A stretch of DNA of 32,000 bases, from positions 810,001 through 842,000 of the forward strand of contig NZ_LT671858.1 of assembly GCF_900083515.1 (NCBI RefSeq). The letters run 5' to 3'. Each line of letters starts with the position of its first letter. The stretch's first letter is position 1. Both the position numbers and the translations under genes were made by a program. The notes beneath the pieces are model-generated. The model had not been told where the DNA came from. It saw nothing but the letters and a program-made list of their open reading frames with translations, and did no database searches. Below are positions 1-7,364 of the stretch, piece by piece. Origin of the DNA: Cuniculiplasma divulgatum (GTDB lineage: Archaea > Thermoplasmatota > Thermoplasmata > Thermoplasmatales > Thermoplasmataceae).

Positions 1-266
1 TTAACTGTGTGCAATATGGCACCAGTCATTGGAACAGCATAAAAAGACTTCAAGAAATTAATCGTATCCCAGTCAAGAATTCCTATTTTGTCCCCAGGTT
101 CAACTCCAATTTTAACCAATCCCTTTGCCAGAGAAGTTACATCGGTGCCAAATTTACTGAATGTTGTCCTTCCAAATTCTGAATCTACTATTTCTTGACC
201 TGGATTTCTAACTGTACTACTTTTTAATAAATTTCCAAGTGTTAGTTCATATTTTACGTAAGCCAT
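1..266 (-). CDS. AMP-dependent acyl-CoA synthetase/ligase, N-terminal fragment (gene continues past the left edge of the window)
   Basis: My own minus-strand translation from the ATG at 266 stays open to position 1: MAYVKYELTLGNLLKSSTVRNPGQEIVDSEFGRTTFSKFGTDVTSLAKGLVKIGVEPGDKIGILDWDTINFLKSFYAVPMTGAILHTVN. This layout (GDK-IGIL..N....F..FYAVP..GAILHT.N) is typical of the N-terminus of ANL-family fatty-acid CoA ligases. It is truncated, so it is absent from the ORF track. Confidence 0.7.
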   Translation of the reverse strand, partial: MAYVKYELTLGNLLKSSTVRNPGQEIVDSEFGRTTFSKFGTDVTSLAKGLVKIGVEPGDKIGILDWDTINFLKSFYAVPMTGAILHTV

Positions 267-592
267 TGGGAAATAAATATTACCAATCTAATTTAAACTT
301 CCCAAATTTTCATTTCACTTATATAGGAAATTATTCTTTTTCCGTAGACTTTCCTAACCTAAGTCTTATTTAGGTGAATAAATATTATTATACATTGCTT
401 AAAATTTATATATAATTAATTTAATTTTAAAGTAGAATTATAACATCATCTTCCTTTTATATCGTAATTTTCTGCTTCACCATTCTATCATATTTAAAAA
501 GTAACGATTTTTACAGGCTCCTCATGCAGTTTATTCTTATTATTTAAAAACGTTTTGGAGTAAGACTTTTATGTTATAGTGCTGATATTCCA

Positions 593-2341
593 TTGATGGA
601 TTCTTCAGAAAAAGTAACAAAAAAAATAGCTAGAAAACCTCGATTAAAGAAAGAGCTAGGGTTCTATGAACTTTTGGTTATCGGAATAGCTGGATCTCTT
701 GGAAATGGTGCTCTTTTTGGAACAATTGATATGGTTGCTGGAGCAGGGCCAAGTGCGATTTTGGCATTTGTATTCGGAGCTTTTATTTACTTAATGGTCG
801 CGTTTACATACGTGGAGCTTAGCAAGGTCTACCCAGAAGCTGGTGGTCCAACGAGGTACAGTATCTATACCCATGGAAGATGGACTAATTTAATAAATTC
901 AATGGCAGATATACTCTGGTATTTATTTATTCCGCCAATAGAAGTAGTTGCGATAATTATAGGTTCTGGGTTTTTTCTGCCCGGAGTTTTTGTGACAAAT
1001 CTTGGATACCCAACAATTGATGGAGGACTTCTAGGTGTAGCCCTTCTTCTTACTTTTATTCCAATCAACTACTTTGGAATTAAGCAGTTTGGAAAAACAA
1101 GTAACTGGATCGGTTTGGTAAAACTGGTATTTTACTTAGCCATGGTGATAGGCCTAATTGGATTCGTTTTTGATGCTAAGAATTTATTTAAATATGGATT
1201 TTTCACCACACACACTCCTATCATTTCATTTCTATCGATCATGCCACTGGCTATGTATGACTTTGGTGCAACCAGGGTTATACCAGATCTTGCAGAGGAA
1301 ACGAAGCATAAGAGTGATGTAACAAAGGCTATGATTTTTACAGTTGTTATAGAATCTCTTATCTATATTGGGGTGGCCTTTGCTATAATACTTGGATTCC
1401 ACTGGAGTTCATTTGGTATTAAGCCTGGAGATTTTGGTGCATTGACCAGTGCGCATGCTCTCGTTGGGTTAAATCCATTCTTTGTGTTTACAAAAAGGTC
1501 CGGATTTTACTGGATTTTCATAGCTGCTTTAGTTACAGGATTCATGGCTCCATATGTAACAGGATACATTTACGCAGGAAGTGGCGCAAGGGTAATGATG
1601 GCTATTGGGAGATCTGGATTTATTAATAAGAAATTAAAGTCTATAAATTTAAAACATTCTATACCTCTAGTAGCACTTATCACATTCACAATGATAGGAG
1701 CTATTATTGTTTTCCTATCTGCTCCTGTCCCATCTATATACAGTTTTATAGACGACGCATCAGCTGCTGGATACCTAGGACTAGCGGTTACTCCAATAGC
1801 ATTAATGGTATCAAGAAGACAGGGAGTAACTAAAGAAGAAGATAAATTTAAAGGAATGTGGTTAATTGCACCACTTTCAGTCGGTTTAAGTTCTTTGATT
1901 CCCTTTTGGGCAGGATGGCCTTCTGAGCCTTATGCAGTTTTCTTGATGTTTATAGGTTGTGCACTAATAGGAATTATTTCTAAGGTCAAGATTGGGGCAA
2001 AAAACGCCATATGGTATGTAGTTTATATTCTATTCCTTACTATTATGACACTAATAGGTAGTGATGGCTTTACTGGTACAATCACTTCACTGAACTTCTC
2101 CTCCATCGGAATCCATTACACTTTCTCTCTTACTCTTCCATCATCATGGGGAACATTAATTCCATTTGATTATGCAACTCTGATTATATTCATTGTAGCA
2201 ATGGCAGTCTTTTACCCATGGGGAGTGCTTTCAGGGTTTAAGAAACAGTTCGATCATCCTGAGTTTACAAGACCTGTTCTTGATGATCTACGAATAGGGA
2301 ATGTTGAAATGGTAAAGAATTCAGAGACAGTAGAAGAGTAA
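593..2341 (+). CDS. APC-superfamily amino acid/polyamine permease
   Basis: 582-aa ORF that is hydrophobic throughout with about 12 or more predicted TM segments. The N-terminal block LGFYELLVIGIAGSLGNGALFG...AGPSAILAFVFGAFIYLMVAFTYVELSKVYPEAGGPTRY is the canonical APC permease signature region. Codon 593 is TTG and an in-frame ATG follows at 596. Confidence 0.85.
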   Translation: MMDSSEKVTKKIARKPRLKKELGFYELLVIGIAGSLGNGALFGTIDMVAGAGPSAILAFVFGAFIYLMVAFTYVELSKVYPEAGGPTRYSIYTHGRWTNLINSMADILWYLFIPPIEVVAIIIGSGFFLPGVFVTNLGYPTIDGGLLGVALLLTFIPINYFGIKQFGKTSNWIGLVKLVFYLAMVIGLIGFVFDAKNLFKYGFFTTHTPIISFLSIMPLAMYDFGATRVIPDLAEETKHKSDVTKAMIFTVVIESLIYIGVAFAIILGFHWSSFGIKPGDFGALTSAHALVGLNPFFVFTKRSGFYWIFIAALVTGFMAPYVTGYIYAGSGARVMMAIGRSGFINKKLKSINLKHSIPLVALITFTMIGAIIVFLSAPVPSIYSFIDDASAAGYLGLAVTPIALMVSRRQGVTKEEDKFKGMWLIAPLSVGLSSLIPFWAGWPSEPYAVFLMFIGCALIGIISKVKIGAKNAIWYVVYILFLTIMTLIGSDGFTGTITSLNFSSIGIHYTFSLTLPSSWGTLIPFDYATLIIFIVAMAVFYPWGVLSGFKKQFDHPEFTRPVLDDLRIGNVEMVKNSETVEE

Positions 2342-2632
2342 TCAATTATAATTTCTAAATTTTCATTTAAATTACCACTATTACCACTGTATCATTTATA
2401 AATGGAGTTTAAACGAATAATTAAACTATTTAAAAGAGTAAAAAAACTAAATATTATTTTCAAGCTATGGTATTAATTTAACATTAAATTTAAAGAAGTT
2501 TAACTTCAGTACTGAGTAGTAAGTAATCTGGATAGATATTAAAAAAGCAGAAAGGGTGAATAAATCTTGATAAACGAAAAGCCCTCATAGAATAAGATAA
2601 ATCAAAAAACTCGTAATTAAGCGTGATCCAAA

Positions 2633-3559
2633 ATGGAAAATGAAAATCGTATGGATAAGAACAAATCTAAAGGCAGTAACGTAACTAAAGAAGACTTTCT
2701 TTCGAGACGAAATGTTTTCAAGAGGTCAGCAAAAAGGAATATATTCTATCTTATTTTTGCCATCCCCGCATTAGCTTATGTAATAGGTTTGGCAATAATT
2801 CCAGCCATAACTGTGGTCTACGATAGTTTTATAGGAAAGCACGGTTTTACCATAGCAAATTATTTAGCCTTGCCCAGTTATGGACTATATGGTGCTATAA
2901 TTAATACTTTGCTTGTTAGCGTAGGGGCTCTTATGATTCAGCTTTTTATAGCGCTGGCAATTGCAATGGTACTGATAAAGCCATTCAAAGGTAAGAAAGC
3001 GTTTTCTACACTAGTTATTATTCCACTAGGTATATCCACTGTAGTCAGTGCCTTTGTGTTTTCTATAATATTTCAGGCTGTTGGGGGATATGCAAACTCG
3101 GCTCTTGTTTCAATCGGATTAAAACCTGTGGACTGGTTTAATACAAACAGTTCTTCACTTGGTGTTGTAATGTTTTCTGATTTCTGGAAGAATACACCTC
3201 TGGTTGCATTAATTCTTTACGGAGGTTTGTCCTCTTTACCTCCTACATTATATGAGGCAGCATCAGTGGATGGGGCTGGTGCAGTTAGTCGATTTATACA
3301 CATTACCCTCCCAAACATTGCACCAATAATGTCAATTGCACTTCTCGTTAGGGGTGTAAGTGAATTTAATATTTTCGCATTGCCGCTGGTAATTATAGGG
3401 TATCATCCACTTATAATGAATACCCTAATCTTCGAAAATTACTCTTCGCTTCAGACAAGGAATATTTCTTACGCGGCAGCAACGATTCTACTTGCTATCA
3501 TAATGGTGTATTCTGTCATAGTGGTAAGACTTGGAGGTGCAAAAGATCATGTCAGATGA
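2633..3559 (+). CDS. Carbohydrate ABC transporter permease (MalF/UgpA type)
   Basis: 308-aa ORF with about 6 TM segments. It carries the EAA loop of binding-protein-dependent transport permeases (LYEAASVDGAGAVSRFIHITLPNIAP). It is the first gene of a 3-gene same-strand cluster. Confidence 0.9.
   Translation: MENENRMDKNKSKGSNVTKEDFLSRRNVFKRSAKRNIFYLIFAIPALAYVIGLAIIPAITVVYDSFIGKHGFTIANYLALPSYGLYGAIINTLLVSVGALMIQLFIALAIAMVLIKPFKGKKAFSTLVIIPLGISTVVSAFVFSIIFQAVGGYANSALVSIGLKPVDWFNTNSSSLGVVMFSDFWKNTPLVALILYGGLSSLPPTLYEAASVDGAGAVSRFIHITLPNIAPIMSIALLVRGVSEFNIFALPLVIIGYHPLIMNTLIFENYSSLQTRNISYAAATILLAIIMVYSVIVVRLGGAKDHVR
3533..3539 (+). promoter_or_regulatory. Shine-Dalgarno-like motif GGAGGTG for the second ABC permease
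   Basis: GGAGGTG lies 9 nt upstream of ATG 3549. It is complementary to the conserved 3' end of 16S rRNA. The gene is internal to an operon. Confidence 0.5.
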
Positions 3560-4376
3560 GAAGGGAAAATGGACAACGTATATTGCAGTAATTATCCTTG
3601 CAATAGTTTTCATATATCCACTATGGATACTAATAATTTATGCCTTCCAACCAGCTTATTTAACCTTTGAAAAGATATACCCTGGGCAGATCCCACTTGC
3701 TTTCACACTGGGTAATCTTTTTGAGTCATTCAAGGAAGTTGATTTAATAGGTCCATTAACAAGAAGTCTGGAAGTAGCATTCATGGTTGGTCTTATTGCA
3801 ATTGGTCTTGGAATACCAGCAGGTTATGGTCTTTCTAAGCTTACATCAAGTCTTTCAAACAAGCTAATTGTCTTCCTGTTCATAATCAATATGATGCCAG
3901 GGCTGGTCATCGCTATACCAATATCAGTTTATTTTCTTAATGCGAATCTTGACAACACGGTGTTTGGCGTTGCATTTGCACAGGAACTGGTCGTATTGCC
4001 ACTTTCAGTTTTTATCATGTTGAGCGGATTTAGAAGTTTACCACATGATCTGGAATATCAGGCAAGGGTGGACGGGGCTTCTTTTTCTTCCACATTTTTC
4101 AGACTTTTAATGCCAATGATAAGAGTACCAATTATGGTTGCATTTTTACTCGCATGGATGACATCATGGGATGAATTCACTTATGCTGTGATCATTGCCC
4201 CAATAGTGCCAACAGATTCTACATTCCCTGTAACATTGTATAATTATGTGTCAAGGAACCTTCCACTGGAATCTGCAACATTTGCATTGGTAGCAACTAT
4301 ACCAGTCATAATATTAGCAGCTGTGCTTCAAAAGTACCTAAAAGGACAATATTTATCAGGAGGTTTAGTCGGATGA
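3549..4376 (+). CDS. Carbohydrate ABC transporter permease (MalG/UgpE type)
   Basis: The ORF carries an EAA loop (EYQARVDGASFSSTFFRLLMPMIRVP) and 6 TM segments. The track start at 3531 is a TTG lying inside a GGAGGTG Shine-Dalgarno-like motif (3533-3539). The ATG at 3549, 9 nt downstream of that motif, is the more likely start and overlaps the upstream stop at 3557-3559. Confidence 0.9.
   Translation: MSDEKGKWTTYIAVIILAIVFIYPLWILIIYAFQPAYLTFEKIYPGQIPLAFTLGNLFESFKEVDLIGPLTRSLEVAFMVGLIAIGLGIPAGYGLSKLTSSLSNKLIVFLFIINMMPGLVIAIPISVYFLNANLDNTVFGVAFAQELVVLPLSVFIMLSGFRSLPHDLEYQARVDGASFSSTFFRLLMPMIRVPIMVAFLLAWMTSWDEFTYAVIIAPIVPTDSTFPVTLYNYVSRNLPLESATFALVATIPVIILAAVLQKYLKGQYLSGGLVG
4359..4364 (+). promoter_or_regulatory. 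Shine-Dalgarno-like motif GGAGGT for the ABC ATPase
   Basis: GGAGGT lies 8 nt upstream of ATG 4373. Confidence 0.5.
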
Positions 4377-5395
4377 ACGTAAAAATGAGTTATGAAAATA
4401 TTTATAAATTATATGGAAAGAAAAGGGTATTAAATAAGCTAAATCTAGAAATATATGACGGTGAGTTCTTAGTCGTACTCGGGCCATCAGGAATGGGGAA
4501 AAGTACTTTATTAAGAACAACAGTAGGAATTGAAGAGTTGACTGCTGGAAAAATAATCCTTGATGGAAAGGACATAAGTAAATTACCTCCTAATAAGAGA
4601 AATATAGCAATGGTGTTTCAGAACTATGCTCTCTATCCTAACATGACAGTTTATCAAAACATTCAGTTTCCATTGAAAATGGCAAAATATGAAAAGAGTA
4701 AAATAAAAGGTAAAATAGAATCAATTGCAGAAACTCTGAAGATTGGAGATGTCCTAGAAAGAAACATTAACCAGCTAAGTGGAGGACAAAAGCAGAGGGT
4801 TGCTCTGGCCAGGGCACTTGTAAGGGACCCAAAAATTTTTCTTCTTGATGAACCTCTAAGCAATCTTGATGCAAGAGTGAGATATACTGCGAGAGCCGAA
4901 CTAAAGAAGATTCAAAAGGAACTTGGTCACACCTTTGTTTATGTTACACATGATCAAACTGAGGCTTCTACACTTTCTGACAGGGTCGCCGTGTTGAGAG
5001 ATGGGAAGATTGAGCAAATAGGCGTTTATGACGAGATCCTAAATGAACCAAAAAGTAAATGGCTTGGGGACTTTGTCGGAGAATATCCAATGAACTTCAT
5101 AAGTGGAGATAGTATAAACAATTCAGGTAAAATAATTGGATTCAGAGATCACTGGATAAGTGAGGGGGATGATCTAACTGGTACCGTAGAATGGTGCAAT
5201 CAGGAGGAAGATAGTTTTCACGTAAGCTGCAGGCTTGATAATAAAAATCTGGAAACTGATTCAGATGAAGAAGGTGGGCACCCAGTAATATTAAAAACCA
5301 ACAAAAGGTATGAGTTGGGAGCAAAGATAGGTTTCAGTCTCAAGAGATATAATATATACAATGAAGACGGATCACTGCTTCAAATAGTTAAGTAA
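4373..5395 (+). CDS. Carbohydrate ABC transporter ATP-binding protein (MalK/UgpC type with C-terminal TOBE-like domain)
   Basis: Motifs present: Walker A GPSGMGKST, Q-loop, ABC signature LSGGQKQR, Walker B IFLLDEPLSNLD, and H-loop VTHDQ. The start overlaps the upstream stop as ATGA (4373-4376). GGAGGT at 4359-4364 lies 8 nt upstream. Confidence 0.93.
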   Translation: MNVKMSYENIYKLYGKKRVLNKLNLEIYDGEFLVVLGPSGMGKSTLLRTTVGIEELTAGKIILDGKDISKLPPNKRNIAMVFQNYALYPNMTVYQNIQFPLKMAKYEKSKIKGKIESIAETLKIGDVLERNINQLSGGQKQRVALARALVRDPKIFLLDEPLSNLDARVRYTARAELKKIQKELGHTFVYVTHDQTEASTLSDRVAVLRDGKIEQIGVYDEILNEPKSKWLGDFVGEYPMNFISGDSINNSGKIIGFRDHWISEGDDLTGTVEWCNQEEDSFHVSCRLDNKNLETDSDEEGGHPVILKTNKRYELGAKIGFSLKRYNIYNEDGSLLQIVK

Positions 5396-5816
5396 ATACA
5401 AATTAAATCTTCGTTCCATTCTAAAGTTACATATTTTCATTTGAGAAACTGTACTTTGATTGATTTTAGATTTACCTCAGTCTTACGTGTGATGATAATA
5501 CACAATGGTTTCTATTAAAACTATTATTAAACACCACCACGTGAAAATAGCGCTTTATGCGCACTATCACATAATTGATTGAACAAGATAAAGGAAAAAT
5601 AAGATCAGCAACCTTCCCGATGAATGTCCCCATACTTTGTTTCATTTTAAACCTTTAAAATTTAATGTTTTACTCCAAATCCTGTCTTCAGGTTTAAGAT
5701 ACTTATTTAATAGAAACAAAGACCAGAGAACAGTTATCGCAAAAACCTAATAGAGTTTGAGATAATATAATTTCAATTTTCTTTATACTTGCAAAAGTTT
5801 GATTGTTTTATCATTT

Positions 5817-5823
5817 AAAAAAA
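5817..5823 (-). terminator. Oligo-T tract (T7 on the minus strand) downstream of the SBP gene
   Basis: An A7 run on the plus strand lies 24-30 nt beyond the SBP stop codon (5847-5849). Confidence 0.3.
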
Positions 5824-5846
5824 TAAATATTTGGTAGTTTAAAAAC

Positions 5847-7262
5847 TTACTGCCCCTCTATTGGCGCGTATGTACCATTTTCATACTGATCTGCAACGTT
5901 TTGATTGTAATTAGTCGCCAGGAAGCTTTTTAAAGCGCTGTTTTGACTAGCAAGTATTGATGGTATACTAGAGTATGATGAGTGGTCGACTACAATACTT
6001 GTCCATGCTTTGTCCATTAAAGTTTGCCATTCTCCAATCCATGAAACTGGTGATCTAAGGAACACCCCACCGTTAATTGCTGCTAGCGATTCATTGGTTA
6101 CAGTGTCTGTTGAGTTATAGGATTTCATTCCAAGTTTTGTAAGGTTGACAGAACCTGGCCACTGATAGTACATTATTGAGTAAGTGTTAGATGCAAGTCC
6201 GGTATAGGTTGCCCAGTATGATGTTTTGTAATCCGGTGAAAAGTATGCACTCAGGTTATATATGTATTCCATAGCATGTATATCCCCAGTATCATTGAAC
6301 ATCATTGGGTTTCCACCGAATTGGACCATCCACTGATAAAGTTCTGTGGGTGTGCTTGCTCCTCCATGTCCCTGCATGTTAATTTCTCCAACACCATACT
6401 TCTTATCGAGGATCTTTGCGTCATTATAGAGTTGTGTATATGTTGTAGGAACCTTAGTTATTCCTGCACCCTGAAGTGCTGTATAATCAACCCATACAAG
6501 AGGTATATTGACAAGCTGTGTCAGGAAGTATACTCCTCCGAACTCTGATACTTCGTAGTTGTTAAGATTTGAAATTGAACTTATAACTCCTTCTCCGGCA
6601 GTAATCTTTGCGGCATTGATTGATGCTAGATAGCCATCATAAAAGAGAACTCCAACATCAAGATTATCAATAGTCATAACAACATTTGCGTGAGAATTTC
6701 CAGTTACAAGTGATGAAATCTCCTCAACCATGGATGCAGCGGTTATGAAACTAACACTCACTTGGATGTTTGGGTATGCCTTCTCAAAATTGTTTATAAC
6801 CCCAGTAACATAGGACTCATCCGCTGTGCTTATACTCGTGTAATATGTAACAGTCGCTGTCGCATTGCTTGAAGCGTATATTGATGGTACTGTTGTACTT
6901 GGTGAAGACGTATATGCTCCCTGATCAACAGGTATAAATCCAGTATGGGCTTCACAGGCCTTCTGGATCGCAGGGTTCATCAGATAAGCCATTAACTGCG
7001 CTGACGCAGCTGGAGTCGATCCTCCCTTCATTTCAGCTATTACACAACCTCCAAGCAGATGCTCAGAATTGACCGGGCCACTCACACCAGTATAGACATA
7101 TAACACATTGTTAGACGTGGTTGGAGTGGGCGTTGTTGTTTTCACTAGATTTTTGTAATCTAGTCCAACAAACGACCCTACAACAACTATCACCACAACA
7201 ATTGCTATTATGGCTATCAGTTTATTTCCTTTTTTTTCTTTTGGTTCTATAGGATTATCCAT
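5847..7262 (-). CDS. Membrane-anchored extracellular solute-binding protein (sugar ABC transporter family)
   Basis: 471-aa ORF. It has a basic N-terminus plus one TM helix (LIAIIAIVVVIVVVGSFVGL), followed by a Thr/Pro linker (TTTPTPTTS) as in archaeal SBPs. SBP-like blocks are present (VINNFEKAYPNIQVSV; GGCVIAEMKGGSTPAASAQLMAYLMNPAIQ). It lies next to the ABC importer and the GH15 gene. Confidence 0.8.
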   Translation of the reverse strand: MDNPIEPKEKKGNKLIAIIAIVVVIVVVGSFVGLDYKNLVKTTTPTPTTSNNVLYVYTGVSGPVNSEHLLGGCVIAEMKGGSTPAASAQLMAYLMNPAIQKACEAHTGFIPVDQGAYTSSPSTTVPSIYASSNATATVTYYTSISTADESYVTGVINNFEKAYPNIQVSVSFITAASMVEEISSLVTGNSHANVVMTIDNLDVGVLFYDGYLASINAAKITAGEGVISSISNLNNYEVSEFGGVYFLTQLVNIPLVWVDYTALQGAGITKVPTTYTQLYNDAKILDKKYGVGEINMQGHGGASTPTELYQWMVQFGGNPMMFNDTGDIHAMEYIYNLSAYFSPDYKTSYWATYTGLASNTYSIMYYQWPGSVNLTKLGMKSYNSTDTVTNESLAAINGGVFLRSPVSWIGEWQTLMDKAWTSIVVDHSSYSSIPSILASQNSALKSFLATNYNQNVADQYENGTYAPIEGQ

Positions 7263-7331
7263 TTTTAATCTTTACTCCATCTAAATCATTTTATTTAAAT
7301 TTAAAAAATGCTTAAATACTACAATTAGGAG

Positions 7332-7338
7332 AAAAAAA
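7332..7338 (-). terminator. Oligo-T tract (T7 on the minus strand) downstream of the GH15 gene
   Basis: An A7 run on the plus strand lies 27-33 nt beyond the GH15 stop (7365-7367). An AT-rich TATA-like stretch follows before the SBP gene, suggesting separate transcription units. Confidence 0.3.
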
Positions 7339-7364
7339 TATATGTATTAATCTATAAATATTAT

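Noticed and set aside
355-375. TAACCTAA (355-362) and TTAGGT (370-375), together with TTAGGTTA at 11018-11025, resemble half-sites of the actinobacterial IdeR/DtxR iron box (TTAGGTTAGGCTAACCTAA)
   Set aside because: The half-sites are not arranged as the canonical 19-bp palindrome: the pair at 355-375 is everted and the one at 11018 is a lone half-site. By my rough estimate, an AT-rich 8-mer is expected by chance about once or twice in 64 kb of two-strand sequence. I note them but do not call them operators.
2371-2388. Tandem 9-bp direct repeat ATTACCACT ATTACCACT, 30 nt downstream of the first APC permease gene
   Set aside because: There are only two copies with no further periodicity or associated structure. 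It is most simply a slippage duplication in a 3' untranslated region.
5489-5495. GTGATGA, a possible C box of a C/D box sRNA in the long convergent gap
   Set aside because: No CTGA D or D' box and no second TGATGA occur within the following ~70 nt on that strand, so the C/D architecture is not present.
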